DNA of 62,773 nucleotides from Pseudobdellovibrionaceae bacterium (GTDB taxonomy: Bacteria > Bdellovibrionota > Bdellovibrionia > Bdellovibrionales > Bdellovibrionaceae), in contig JBIKLL010000009.1 in NCBI GenBank assembly GCA_044359815.1, forward strand, positions 1 to 62,773. Direction: 5' to 3'. The stretch's first letter is position 1. Each line of letters starts with the position of its first letter. Positions 1 through 10,648 of this stretch are shown piece by piece. The notes under the pieces were generated by a model. That model worked only from the letters and a program-made list of their open reading frames with translations. It did no database searches and was not told the origin of the DNA. The position numbers were made by a program, and so were the translations under genes.

Positions 1-7
1 TTTTATA

Positions 8-113
8 AAATGACTCAACACCAGATATGCCCCGCACGCTCGCTGCATGTGTCTAAAAACAGTAAAAACAAATTACCTTTGCCTTTATGCAATACGAGAG
101 ATGAGCTTGCGGT
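8..113. repeat. Family A palindromic element, right half (cut by window start)
   Basis: 103/106 nt identical to 16437-16542; contains motif Q (aaatgactcaacaccagatatgcc...) and partial motif P' (caatacgagagatgagcttgcgg). Confidence 0.9.
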
Positions 114-221
114 TCGTCCGCAATTTCTTCAGGATGATTTAAATTTTTTTGGCAGATCATGGATTGGCTCTAGATTACTTGATTTTAGTCCTGTTTGTTT
201 ATGTGACACTCAATCCAAAAA

Positions 222-360
222 CTAAGGTTTCTTTTTTTAAGTATCTAATTTCCTTAAAAAGGTCCTCTGCGGAGCCTGGACGGCGGGGGCCTGCCCGAGC
301 AGAGAAGCACGAGCTGTGACCTTTTTAAGGAAATTAGATACTTAAAAAAAGAAACCTTAG
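222..360. repeat. Family C palindromic element, copy 1
   Basis: Perfect 43-bp inverted arms 222-264/318-360 around a 53-nt GC-rich core beginning ctctgcggagcctggacggcgggggc, shared with 16631-16699. Confidence 0.92.
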
Positions 361-520
361 CTCTTGTATTACATGTCCATCCTTAAAAAACTTTTCCTAA
401 AATGATAAAATCTAGAGCTAAGGCCAGGCTCTGTTTAACATAATTCAGCTGAAGAATTCAGGACCTGATTTTTTGGGACAAAGTTCCGTTAAGAAGATGT
501 ATCCACACAGAAAGTTGGTT

Positions 521-2422
521 ATGGACAGTTTTGAAATGGAACTAAAAATTGGATTCTTGGATGAGGCCGCCAGCAGTCTTGCTGAAGTTGAAACGGCTTT
601 TTTATCCTTGGAAACCAATCCCAACGACACTGCTACAATCGATAAAATTTTTCGTTTGGCGCACAATCTGAAAGGCAGTTCCAGAGCTGTGGGTTTTGAT
701 GACATGGGTCACTTTACCCATCAGTTTGAATCATTGCTTTTAAAAGTTAAAAACAAAGAACTGGCAATCACATCTGACATTATGACAGTGTTGTTGGCTT
801 GTAACGATCACTTAAATGAAATGATTGAAACATTAAAAGCCGACATGAATGCCAAAGTAGATTCGTCGGCAGTTTTGGCAATGATTGATGGAATTAAAGA
901 CGGCGTAGCGCCAGCACCGCAACCAGCGGCACCTATTGTTGCAGCTGCAGAAGTTCCACCAGTAGAATTTATCCCTGTCCCAGATGCTCAAGCGTTCGAG
1001 GACGAGGCTGAAGAATCAGCTCAAGAAGACTTAGCGCCAGAAAATGAAAGCACTGATTTTCAGGCTCAACCTGCACAAGCTGCGGGATTCAACGGGGCAT
1101 TGTTTACGCCGGCGAACCAGTCATCAAGTGAACAAAATCAAACATCAGCTAATAGTGCAACTATGCAAACAACAAACCCAGCGATTGCAAATACGACGGT
1201 AAATACGACTGCAAACACGACAGCAAGCGCTGGTTCAGCTCCATCTGCCGTAGCTGAAGAGTCCATCAGAGTGGGTCTAAACAAATTAGAAAAGCTAATA
1301 AATTACATTGGCGAAATGGTGATTCTGCAGGCGGTATTGCGTGAGCAAACGGCCAGCAATCCTTCCCTGTTACTGCGAAAAACTGCGCACCAGATGGATA
1401 AAGTGGTCAAAGAAATTCAAGACATTTCATTGAGCCTCAGAATGGTTCCAATCAAGCCAACTTTTCAGAAAATGCAAAGGATCGTTCGCGATACGGCCAA
1501 AGCATTAAACAAAGAGATTCAACTTGTCACTGTTGGTGAAGACTGCGAACTGGATAAAACAATTCTTGAAAAAATTGGTGATCCATTGGTTCATCTGATC
1601 AGAAATTCCGTAGATCATGGTATTGAAAAAACTGAAGATAGATTAAAATCAGGTAAAAACCCTGCAGGCAAAGTCACTCTGAGTGCAGTTCATCAATCGG
1701 GCCGATTGATGTTAACTGTTCAGGATGACGGAGCGGGCATTGATCCAGAAAGACTCAAGAAAAAAGCCATCGAAAAGGGCATTATCAGACCGAACGCTGT
1801 TTTGTCAGAGCAAGAAGCGGTGAATTTAATTTTTGCACCTGGTTTTTCAACCAAAGAAGTTGTGACAGATGTTTCAGGCCGAGGTGTCGGCATGGATGTG
1901 GTTAAAACAAACATCAGTGCCTTGTCTGGTGAAATCAGCATTGAAACAAAAAAGGGCCAGGGATCGACATTCAAAATTAATTTGCCACTCAGTCTGGCTA
2001 TCATTGATTCCATGGTTTTATCAGTCAATGGCGAACGATTTGCTGTTCCATTAGCCTATGTTCATGAAACAGTTCGGATTGATCCCAAAGATTTTCGCGA
2101 CACCGTGGGAGCTGGCAAATTGATGCTCTTAAGAGGCGAAAACATTCCTTCATATTATTTAGGATCGTTGCTGGGTAAAAAAGTTAAGCCCGAAAGCTGT
2201 CGCATAGCTATTGTGATCAGAGCTGGCGATCAACCCTTTGTATTAATGGTTGATGACATCATTGGACAGTTTGAGATCGTCAGAAAAAAACTGGGCAAAG
2301 AGCTGACCTTTTTAAAAGGGATTTCCGGATCAACAATTCTTGGCGACGGAAAACCAGCATTGATTATAGAACCTACAGATTTAATTAAAACACATCGTCC
2401 TGCTACAGGGAGGGCTGCATGA
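521..2422 (+). CDS. cheA: Chemotaxis histidine kinase CheA
   Basis: Hpt FRLAHNLKGS, HLIRNSVDHGIE, FAPGFST, SGRGVGMDVV, C-terminal CheW-like domain; ATG 521 preferred over TTG 473. Confidence 0.96.
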   Translation: MDSFEMELKIGFLDEAASSLAEVETAFLSLETNPNDTATIDKIFRLAHNLKGSSRAVGFDDMGHFTHQFESLLLKVKNKELAITSDIMTVLLACNDHLNEMIETLKADMNAKVDSSAVLAMIDGIKDGVAPAPQPAAPIVAAAEVPPVEFIPVPDAQAFEDEAEESAQEDLAPENESTDFQAQPAQAAGFNGALFTPANQSSSEQNQTSANSATMQTTNPAIANTTVNTTANTTASAGSAPSAVAEESIRVGLNKLEKLINYIGEMVILQAVLREQTASNPSLLLRKTAHQMDKVVKEIQDISLSLRMVPIKPTFQKMQRIVRDTAKALNKEIQLVTVGEDCELDKTILEKIGDPLVHLIRNSVDHGIEKTEDRLKSGKNPAGKVTLSAVHQSGRLMLTVQDDGAGIDPERLKKKAIEKGIIRPNAVLSEQEAVNLIFAPGFSTKEVVTDVSGRGVGMDVVKTNISALSGEISIETKKGQGSTFKINLPLSLAIIDSMVLSVNGERFAVPLAYVHETVRIDPKDFRDTVGAGKLMLLRGENIPSYYLGSLLGKKVKPESCRIAIVIRAGDQPFVLMVDDIIGQFEIVRKKLGKELTFLKGISGSTILGDGKPALIIEPTDLIKTHRPATGRAA

Positions 2423-2880
2423 GCTCAGATCTTGATCGCTATTTAGCATTTTCATTGGGGGCAGAAGAATATGCCATACCTCTTCTGAAAGTCCGAGAGG
2501 TTATTGCAGTTCCCGAGGTTATGCCAACCCCATATGCTCCATCTCATTTTTTAGGAATTTTTAATTTAAGAGGCCAAGTGATTTCATTGGTCGATCTGCG
2601 ATTGAAATTGGGTATCAAGCCCAAAGAACACTCAGAAACAACAGTGATTATTTTGGACCTTGGTGATTCAGCATTGGCTCTGGTCGTTGATAGCGTTAAC
2701 AGCGTGATCAATCCCGGGGCTGAAGATCTGTCAGATCCCCCCAGTATGGAAAGCACAAAGCAGGTGGGATTTGTCACCCGTGTTTACCGCAAAGAGGGGC
2801 AGTTAATACTGATCTTGGATATAGAAAAAACATTAAATAAAGATGAACGTAACCTTATAACCAAAGCAAAAGCAGCATAG
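2419..2880 (+). CDS. cheW: Chemotaxis adaptor CheW
   Basis: [34 protein letters not shown] overlap with cheA. Confidence 0.95.
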   Translation: MSSDLDRYLAFSLGAEEYAIPLLKVREVIAVPEVMPTPYAPSHFLGIFNLRGQVISLVDLRLKLGIKPKEHSETTVIILDLGDSALALVVDSVNSVINPGAEDLSDPPSMESTKQVGFVTRVYRKEGQLILILDIEKTLNKDERNLITKAKAA

Positions 2881-2888
2881 GAAACAAT

Positions 2889-5066
2889 ATGAAAAACTTT
2901 AATTTTTCACTAAGAGCAAAAATTCTGAGTTTAACAATAGGTCTTTTGATCGTACTAAACCTGACATTCTTGGGTTTATTTAATTTCATCGATCAGAAAG
3001 AAACTGAGAAAACAAACTTTATGTTTTTATCTCATGCTGAAAAACTGTCAAATTCGATTCAAGCACAGTTTTACGAAAGGTACGGCGATGTCCAAGCTTT
3101 TGCACAGACTGAGGCCGTCAGATCCTTGGATCCAAAGCGAATCGTAAAGTATTTGGATTCCATGGTTCCCACATATGGAATTTATGATTTGATCTTGGTC
3201 GTCGATGCCAACGGTAAATTTGTTTCTTCGAACACAATTGATGTGGCTAAAAAACCAGTTAATCAGGATGTGCTAAAAAATCATAACTTTTCTGAGGAAC
3301 CTTGGTTTAAGGCTGTCAAAGAAGGCAAAACCACAGATGACAAAGAAAACGCTTATGCGGGAACTCATTTTCAAGGTTTATTCAAAGACAATTTGCAAGA
3401 GCTAGCGTTTGGAGAAGCTCGAGTTGCTTCAGGGTTTTCAACAGCCATCAGAAGTGAAGCTGGAGATTTCTTGGGTGTGATCACAAACAGAGCTGGGTCA
3501 CGATGGTTGGACACAGAGTTTGTGAATCTGTACACACAGATGAAAAACGTAAAAGAACCTAGTGCTCGATTGGTATTGCTGGATGGAGCTGGCAATCAAT
3601 TAATTGCTCATGAACCCGAAGCTCAAGGTGGCAAAAACGAAGTCACTTACAATGATAGGTCTTTCACATACAATTATGCCAAAGAGGGATTTGAATTTGC
3701 GCAAAGACTTTTAAAAGACGAAAATTCTTTTGGGAATTTATGGAATCCAGAAGGCAAGCATTTCGAGGTCATCGGTTTTAGCAAAATGATAGGGCCTAAA
3801 TGGCCAAAGATGGTTAATTGGTCAGTGGCGGTTTCAGCTGATGAAACTGATGCTTTTGAAGAGCTGATTTTATCCAGAACTTTGTTTTACAGTCTTAGCG
3901 GTGTGTTTGCCCTGTTGTCAGTGATGTTTACTTTGTGGGTGGCTAACCGAATTTCAAACAGTGTCACTACAATCACTGAAAACGTTAATTCTGAAACTCA
4001 GCGAATAGCCATTGAAACTCAGAAAATAGCAGAATCTTCTGCCGAGCTGTCTTCGGGCGCAACCGAGCAAGCCTCAGCAATACAAGAAACCATGGCAGCT
4101 ATTGATGAAATCAATGCCACCGTTGAAAAGAACGCGGACTCTGCTGAAAGATCAAAACATGTTTCGGCAAAATCCAGAGACGCAGCTGTAGCTGGTAAAC
4201 AAAATGTCGAGGACATGATTCAATCAATTTCACAAATCAGTCATTCCAATGAAACATTGGGCGCTTACATGGCTGAAAACAACAGAAAGCTTTCTGAAAT
4301 CACTGGATTGATCCAAGGGATTGAGGAAAAAACCAAGGTAATTAACGACATCGTTTTTCAAACAAAGCTATTGTCTTTTAACGCTTCTGTTGAGGCCGCC
4401 AGAGCTGGCGAATACGGCAAAGGCTTTGCGGTTGTGGCGGAAGAAGTCGGAAACTTGGCGCAAATGAGCGGTCAAGCAGCAAAAGAGATTTTTACGATCT
4501 TAGGAAACAGTGTTCAAAGAGTTCAATCGATTGTCACTGAAACAAAAACCAGAGTGGACGATTTGATGAACACGGCAAAGTCCAAAGTTCAATTGGGAAC
4601 AATGACTGCCAATAAATGTAAGGATTCATTGGATATAATTTTACAAGATGTCCAAGCTGTGGATGCTCTGGTCACCGAGATCGCTGTCGCCAGTCGCGAA
4701 CAGGCAAAGGGTGTGAGCGAAATTTCTAAAGCTGTTGGTCAGTTAGATCAGGTAACACAACAAAACACTTCTGTGGCTCAAACAAGCGCTTCGACAGTAG
4801 CTCATTTGAACAGTCAAACGACAGAGCTCAGCAGTCTGGTCAAAGATATGTTTACTTTGATAAAGGGTGGCACTGGTGAGGTTAAAATAGAATCGGCACC
4901 AAACAATGTGACTGCTTTCAGGACTAAGCCTCAAGGCAAAGTTGAGGTCCGAAAGACTTCTGCATTTACAGTCAGTAAAAAAGAAAAATCACAGGTCAGT
5001 GTCAAGCAAGCAGCCGGTGGCGAAGCAGTTCCATCTTTTAATGATCCAGGTTTTGAAGACGTTTAG
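2889..5066 (+). CDS. Methyl-accepting chemotaxis protein with Cache-like periplasmic sensor
   Basis: Two TM segments, [30 protein letters not shown] signalling tip, C-terminal GFEDV. Confidence 0.95.
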   Translation: MKNFNFSLRAKILSLTIGLLIVLNLTFLGLFNFIDQKETEKTNFMFLSHAEKLSNSIQAQFYERYGDVQAFAQTEAVRSLDPKRIVKYLDSMVPTYGIYDLILVVDANGKFVSSNTIDVAKKPVNQDVLKNHNFSEEPWFKAVKEGKTTDDKENAYAGTHFQGLFKDNLQELAFGEARVASGFSTAIRSEAGDFLGVITNRAGSRWLDTEFVNLYTQMKNVKEPSARLVLLDGAGNQLIAHEPEAQGGKNEVTYNDRSFTYNYAKEGFEFAQRLLKDENSFGNLWNPEGKHFEVIGFSKMIGPKWPKMVNWSVAVSADETDAFEELILSRTLFYSLSGVFALLSVMFTLWVANRISNSVTTITENVNSETQRIAIETQKIAESSAELSSGATEQASAIQETMAAIDEINATVEKNADSAERSKHVSAKSRDAAVAGKQNVEDMIQSISQISHSNETLGAYMAENNRKLSEITGLIQGIEEKTKVINDIVFQTKLLSFNASVEAARAGEYGKGFAVVAEEVGNLAQMSGQAAKEIFTILGNSVQRVQSIVTETKTRVDDLMNTAKSKVQLGTMTANKCKDSLDIILQDVQAVDALVTEIAVASREQAKGVSEISKAVGQLDQVTQQNTSVAQTSASTVAHLNSQTTELSSLVKDMFTLIKGGTGEVKIESAPNNVTAFRTKPQGKVEVRKTSAFTVSKKEKSQVSVKQAAGGEAVPSFNDPGFEDV

Positions 5067-5074
5067 AGGTTTAA

Positions 5075-6889
5075 ATGGCAGAAGCCAATGGTATTTCTCA
5101 GCATGAAATGGAAAAACTGGTAAAAGAGGTTTCAAAAGAAATCTCTGCCAGATCTGGTGTTGTGCTGGGCGAAAAACAATATTCTATGGTTGAAAGCCGC
5201 TTGCGATCACACTTTATAAAAAAAGGCGTGAAAACTGTCGGTGAATTTCAGACCTTGTGGAAAGGGTCCTATGAGATTGAAACCGAAGAGCTTTTGTCAT
5301 TGCTAACGACGCATCATACATTTTTTTTCAGGGAGTTCATTCATTTTGAATACTTAAAAAAGATTTTGCCCAGTCTGGTTGAGAAAGCAAAAAGCCGACC
5401 TGATAAAACAATTCATATCTGGTCGTCGGCTTGCAGTCGCGGTCATGAAGTTTATTCCTTGGCTTGCTTTTTTGAAAACCATTTAAAACATATTGATCCC
5501 ACAATTAAATATAAAATACTGGGAACTGATGTTGACCCCGCCAGTGTTAAATACGCTGAAAACGGTGTTTATCCCTTTCGCGAAGTCAAAGAAATCCCTC
5601 ACACTTATTTGCAAGATTATTGGGTCAGAGGAACCGGAAATATTTCTGACTACGCAAAAATCAAAAAAGGTATTAAACAGAATTGCGAATTTTTGCCTTT
5701 TAATCTGATCACGCCAGGCAAGGAGCTTGCCGGTAAAAAGTTTGATCTGATTTTTTGCAGAAATGTTTATATTTATTTTACCCAAGATCAGATTCGCAAA
5801 AGCACAGACACGCAGTTGAATTATCTGGAAAAAGAAGGCCTGTTCATTATTGGCATTTCTGAATCCCTGCATAATATTTATTCTGAATTAGACACGGTAG
5901 GAACTTCTGTCTATCTCAGAAAATCAGAAATTCATGCTGCAAAACCGGTCGAAACAGCACCTCAGGGTCCACTAAAAGTCTTGTGTGTGGATGACAGTGA
6001 TTCGATTTTAAATTTACTAAAAGTAGTGTTGGGCAGAGATTTGAAATTTAAAATTGTTGGAACGGCTAAGAATGGTTTGTTGGCGCAAGAGTTTTTGAAA
6101 ACCAACAAAGTCGATGTGATTACATTAGATCTGCATATGCCTGAAATGGATGGATTAACTTTCCTAGAAAAAAATATGGGGCCAAATTTACCTCCGGTTT
6201 TAGTGGTGTCTTCGGTTTCCCGTGAAAATATGGAAGTCGCACAAAAAGCTTTAAGACTGGGTGCTAAGGACTATGTTGAAAAACCTGAGTTTTCAAAAAT
6301 CGAACTGAGCGGCGAACAAATCCGCACAAAGCTTAAAACAATAGCGACGGTTAATCAAAAAACGTCAGTTTCAAAAGTCGACATGCAGTTTGCAAAAGTT
6401 TTTGCAATTCCGACACCTGAAAAAATGCTTAGGGTGGTTGTTGGTGGTGAATACGGCGAAAGATTGTTGTCACAATCAATCAGCAGAACCACAGCAAACC
6501 AGCCACCTTTAGTTTGTTATTTGGGCAGCAATTTTTCTGAAGTTTATTCGAGACTCAATCCTGACGAGAAAAAGCTAGTCACCAATGACATGCAACAGTT
6601 GGGATTGGGAAAGATCGTAGTCAGATCAATCTATCAATTTAAAGAAGATTGGCCGAATCTGAGCCGATCAACAAAAATTTCGGTGTTCATGGGGCGATCG
6701 CTGTCAGCAATCGAAATTAACGAACTTAAACTGCCTGGGAAAAGCGGACAATTTGTATTTGATGATGGACTGTTGAATTCGCTTATCCCCGAAGATTTGG
6801 ACAGGGTCTTAAGGGGAGTGCCATTTACCAGTTTCTTTTCGCTATCTGAAGAATACTTTTGCGAAAAAGAAATCAAGGCAGCTGCATGA
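5075..6889 (+). CDS. cheR: CheR methyltransferase fused to a receiver domain and a C-terminal region
   Basis: LTTHHTFFFRE, IWSSACSRGHEVYS, FDLIFCRNVYIYF, then VLCVDDS...LDLHMPEMDG...DYVEKP. Confidence 0.9.
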   Translation: MAEANGISQHEMEKLVKEVSKEISARSGVVLGEKQYSMVESRLRSHFIKKGVKTVGEFQTLWKGSYEIETEELLSLLTTHHTFFFREFIHFEYLKKILPSLVEKAKSRPDKTIHIWSSACSRGHEVYSLACFFENHLKHIDPTIKYKILGTDVDPASVKYAENGVYPFREVKEIPHTYLQDYWVRGTGNISDYAKIKKGIKQNCEFLPFNLITPGKELAGKKFDLIFCRNVYIYFTQDQIRKSTDTQLNYLEKEGLFIIGISESLHNIYSELDTVGTSVYLRKSEIHAAKPVETAPQGPLKVLCVDDSDSILNLLKVVLGRDLKFKIVGTAKNGLLAQEFLKTNKVDVITLDLHMPEMDGLTFLEKNMGPNLPPVLVVSSVSRENMEVAQKALRLGAKDYVEKPEFSKIELSGEQIRTKLKTIATVNQKTSVSKVDMQFAKVFAIPTPEKMLRVVVGGEYGERLLSQSISRTTANQPPLVCYLGSNFSEVYSRLNPDEKKLVTNDMQQLGLGKIVVRSIYQFKEDWPNLSRSTKISVFMGRSLSAIEINELKLPGKSGQFVFDDGLLNSLIPEDLDRVLRGVPFTSFFSLSEEYFCEKEIKAAA

Positions 6890-8292
6890 ATCAAATCTGG
6901 TGGTATTCGTCAAAGCCTGTGCCTTCATTGAATCAAACCAACGCGACATATTTGTGGGTGCAGTTTTCAGAAAAAGATTTTGACCTGTTAGTGATTGAAA
7001 TGGCAGCTTTGAAAGTTGATTCAAGAACCATTTTTAACATGGTTCAAAAACACAGTTTTTTCAAAGGCAGTGTGAAGCTAAAGGTTATCGGCCAGCCTGT
7101 ATTGATTGAAAAAATCGTCACTGAAGCAAAAATCAATAATTACCCCGTATTAACTGCAAAAGAAAAGGTCGGGTCGTTTTTGCTAAAATTTTCCTTGATG
7201 GATGGGCGTATACAAATATCTAGGACTGAAGAATCTGAAAACAAATCTAGCGAAAAAATAAAGGTCTTGATCGTTGACGATTCATCTACTATCAGAAATC
7301 TGTTAACAGTTATTCTGGCTAAAGATCCACAGATTCAGATTGTAGCTGCAGCCTCTCACGCTGGCGAAGTTGAAGCCTTGATTGAAAAATTTCAGCCGCA
7401 AGTTTTAACTGTGGACATTCATATGCCAGAAAAAGACGGCGTCCAGTTGATCAAAGAAATAGTTCCCAAATATAAACTTCCTTGCATTGTGATCAGTTCA
7501 ATCAGCATGGAAGAAGGTCCCAAAATTCTGGAGGCCCTAGAGGCCGGTGCGGTGGATTACTTTCAAAAACCTAGCATGAAAGATCTGGATGTTTTAGCGC
7601 CTGTGATGATTGAAAGAGTCAAATCTGCAGCTATGTCCAAGGTCAAAAGCCAAACAATGGTTGTAAAAACAAAATCCATTGCAGGCAAGCCATTGAATAT
7701 GAATTCTGTGGTATTGATTGGATCATCGACTGGTGGAACCGAGGCTTTAAGAGCTATTTTTGAAAGCATGCCTGCACAGATTCCTCCGATAGTTGTCGTT
7801 CAGCACATTCCACCATTATTTTCTAAGGCCTTGGCCGATCGCCTGAATCAACTGTGTTCTTTCGAGGTAAAAGAGGCCCAGGCTAATGACGAAGTCCTTC
7901 CGAACAGAGTATTGATTGCTCCTGGTGGTAAGCAATTAAAGCTGGTGCAGAAAGGCGCCCGAGTGTTTTGCGAAATCAATGATGATCCCCCTATGAACAG
8001 ACACAAGCCCAGTGTGGATTATATGTTTCAATCAGCGACAAAATTAGTTGGCAAAAATCTGCAGGCCGTGATTTTGACTGGTATGGGAGCTGACGGTGCC
8101 AAGCAAACTAAATCATTGCGAGACATGGGGTATCCAACCATAGCACAAGATAAAGATTCCTGTGTCGTTTTTGGAATGCCCAGGGCTGCCATCGAGCTGG
8201 ATGGGGCCAGTTATGTCCTTACGTTAACAAAGATTTCACAGAAGATTTTGGATCTGGCGGCCGAAGAGTATAAAGAACGAAAGGTGTCATAA
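6886..8292 (+). CDS. cheB: Chemotaxis methylesterase CheB with ~120-aa N-terminal extension
   Basis: REC domain plus IGSSTGGTEAL, VQHIP, HKPSVD, ILTGMGADGA; ATGA overlap at 6886. Confidence 0.93.
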   Translation: MNQIWWYSSKPVPSLNQTNATYLWVQFSEKDFDLLVIEMAALKVDSRTIFNMVQKHSFFKGSVKLKVIGQPVLIEKIVTEAKINNYPVLTAKEKVGSFLLKFSLMDGRIQISRTEESENKSSEKIKVLIVDDSSTIRNLLTVILAKDPQIQIVAAASHAGEVEALIEKFQPQVLTVDIHMPEKDGVQLIKEIVPKYKLPCIVISSISMEEGPKILEALEAGAVDYFQKPSMKDLDVLAPVMIERVKSAAMSKVKSQTMVVKTKSIAGKPLNMNSVVLIGSSTGGTEALRAIFESMPAQIPPIVVVQHIPPLFSKALADRLNQLCSFEVKEAQANDEVLPNRVLIAPGGKQLKLVQKGARVFCEINDDPPMNRHKPSVDYMFQSATKLVGKNLQAVILTGMGADGAKQTKSLRDMGYPTIAQDKDSCVVFGMPRAAIELDGASYVLTLTKISQKILDLAAEEYKERKVS

Positions 8293-8781
8293 ATGTCTCA
8301 AGATCAATCGATTTTACTGGTGGATGATGAAGTTGAGATCACTGAACTGTTGGCGGAAAGCCTTCAAAAGCATTTCAAAAATATTTATCGCGCTGCCAGC
8401 GGCAAAGAAGCCTTAGAGATCGTTACTAAAAATGACGTTTCAATAATTTTGTCAGACATTAATATGCCCGAAATGAACGGTGATGAATTTTTAAGACATC
8501 TACGAGCTAAAGGGCTTTTTTGCCCAATCATATTTCTGACTGCTTACGGTAGCAGGGACAAGGTTTTGGCTGCCATGAGACTGGGTGCTGCTGACGTTTT
8601 GGACAAGCCTTTTGCCTTTGATGATTTATTAAAATCTATTTTTAGAGTGCTAGATATTGAAACCAGAAAATCCAAGGTTCAACAACTAATCAGCGAAGGC
8701 ACTCCCAAAGAACAATTGCATCGTGAACTTAAGATGTTGGGTCTTATGCAATTGGTAAACGAAGCAAAAAAATCAGGATAG
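8293..8781 (+). CDS. Response regulator (receiver domain plus short tail)
   Basis: ILLVDDE, LSDINMPEMNG, IFLTAYG, KPF. Confidence 0.9.
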   Translation: MSQDQSILLVDDEVEITELLAESLQKHFKNIYRAASGKEALEIVTKNDVSIILSDINMPEMNGDEFLRHLRAKGLFCPIIFLTAYGSRDKVLAAMRLGAADVLDKPFAFDDLLKSIFRVLDIETRKSKVQQLISEGTPKEQLHRELKMLGLMQLVNEAKKSG

Positions 8782-8818
8782 TCTTGAAATAGAGCCGCCT
8801 TGCGCTCACTATATTGTT

Positions 8819-9217
8819 ATGGACGATATAGTAAAAGAAAATTTTAAACCAAACGATTATATATTTTTTGAAGGTGATCTGGATTACCATTTTTATATTA
8901 TTGAATCAGGACAGGTTCAGATTTTTACCAAAACCAAAGCTGGGAAAAGGGTAAATATTTTGACCCTAGTGCCTGGCGAATCCTTTGGCGAATTTGCGAT
9001 GCTTTTAAAGCTTCCGCGAAGTGCGTCAGCTCAGGCGTTGACCGAATGTCAGTTAATAAAAGTCACCGAAACTGGATATCAAAAACTGATGGGTGAATTA
9101 CCTGATTGGGCTAGTTGCATGATGAGAAGTTTTGCAACAAGGCTCAGCAATATGAACGCACTTTTAAAGGATTTGCCTCAGTTCATTCCTAAAGGTTCTT
9201 CATCAAACAAAAACTGA
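8819..9217 (+). CDS. Cyclic nucleotide-binding domain protein
   Basis: FYIIESGQV, GESFGEFAML, PRSASAQA. Confidence 0.88.
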   Translation: MDDIVKENFKPNDYIFFEGDLDYHFYIIESGQVQIFTKTKAGKRVNILTLVPGESFGEFAMLLKLPRSASAQALTECQLIKVTETGYQKLMGELPDWASCMMRSFATRLSNMNALLKDLPQFIPKGSSSNKN

Positions 9218-10587
9218 GTCCCAGAGATTGCATCATTTAAATCCTGGATTTGTCGAACATAGTTAAATTTTGCCTTCAGTTGGGGAGATGCTTTGATCGC
9301 TGCTTTACAGGTTTCTGGCACAAAGAAATGATTGAATCCTAATTTTATGCTTTCTTTGATTCTGTCCTCGATAAAACTGATGGCGCGGACTTCACCAGTT
9401 AATCCGATTTCACCCATAAATACGCTTTTGCTAGACACGATTTTTTGTTTATATGCTGAAAGTAAAGCTGCAGATATAGCCAAATCGCTAGACGGATCTT
9501 CCAGTCTCAATCCGCCCACAGCATTGACGTAAATTTCTGTTTTAGACAGGTTAATATGCAAATGTCTTTCAATCACGGCAGCCAACATGTGCAGCCGATT
9601 TATGTCAATGCCGACACTGGTTCTGCGGGGCATGGCCAACTGTGAATCCAGAGTCAGCGCTTGGATTTCACACAGTAGGGGTCTGGAGCCTTCCATCGAA
9701 CAAAACACCACAGAGCCCGCGGTCTTTTGACTGCGTTCTTCCAAAAATAATTCTGAAGGATTGGTGATTTCAAGCAAGCCTAAACCTGACATTTTAAAAA
9801 TTCCTAATTCATTTGTCGGACCAAAACGATTTTTCAATGCCCTGATCAAACGAAACTGATTGATTGAATCACCTTCAAAGGACAATACACAATCAACCAT
9901 GTGTTCTAAAACTTTGGGACCTGCCAGGGATCCATCTTTAGTGATATGCCCAACCAATATTACAGAAATATTTTTTGATTTTGCTAGCTGCAACAGTTTT
10001 GCGGCACAGTCACGTACCTGGCTGACAGAGCCCGGAGCGCTTTCCACGTCGTTTGAATGAATTGTCTGAATGGAATCCACAAATAAAATATGAGGTGATT
10101 CTGAGTCTACCAGATTTAATATCGAAGCCAGAGAGCTTTCGCTGGCTAATAATATCTGAGAACTTTGCACCGACATTCTTTTGGCTCTGGCGGCTGTTTG
10201 GGCAACGCTTTCCTCGCCTGATACATATAAAATTTTTTGTTTCTGCGCTGCCAATCCCTTTGCGACTTGCAATAGCAAAGTGCTTTTACCCACTCCAGGG
10301 GATCCGCCCAACAGCACAAAACTGCCAGGGACTAATCCACCACCTAGGACACGGTCCAATTCGGCAATCTGTGTCGGGGTTCTGGCAAATATTTTTTCCT
10401 CAATACTTTGGTCCAGCGAAAAGGTTACAGGAACAGATTCGTTGGCGACCCAGCCTTTGATTTTGTCTTTAGTCAGCTTTTCTTCAACCAGAGTGTTCCA
10501 CTGTCCACAATCAGAGCATTGGCCAGCCCACTTAGGTCGTTGGGCACCGCAGTTTTGACAAACAAAATTGATTTTCGACTTCGCCAT
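9178..10587 (-). CDS. radA: DNA repair protein RadA/Sms
   Basis: CQNCG...CSDC zinc finger, GGSPGVGKST, KNRFG. Confidence 0.97.
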   Translation of the reverse strand: MAKSKINFVCQNCGAQRPKWAGQCSDCGQWNTLVEEKLTKDKIKGWVANESVPVTFSLDQSIEEKIFARTPTQIAELDRVLGGGLVPGSFVLLGGSPGVGKSTLLLQVAKGLAAQKQKILYVSGEESVAQTAARAKRMSVQSSQILLASESSLASILNLVDSESPHILFVDSIQTIHSNDVESAPGSVSQVRDCAAKLLQLAKSKNISVILVGHITKDGSLAGPKVLEHMVDCVLSFEGDSINQFRLIRALKNRFGPTNELGIFKMSGLGLLEITNPSELFLEERSQKTAGSVVFCSMEGSRPLLCEIQALTLDSQLAMPRRTSVGIDINRLHMLAAVIERHLHINLSKTEIYVNAVGGLRLEDPSSDLAISAALLSAYKQKIVSSKSVFMGEIGLTGEVRAISFIEDRIKESIKLGFNHFFVPETCKAAIKASPQLKAKFNYVRQIQDLNDAISGTQFLFDEEPLGMN

Positions 10588-10648
10588 TTCTCATCGGTAT
10601 CATAAACTTAAACAGGAGCCACTATTTTTTTGCGATAAGGAATTTGCA

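Noticed and set aside
10..225. 71-aa ORF
   Set aside because: Runs through a family A repeat and has no protein-like features
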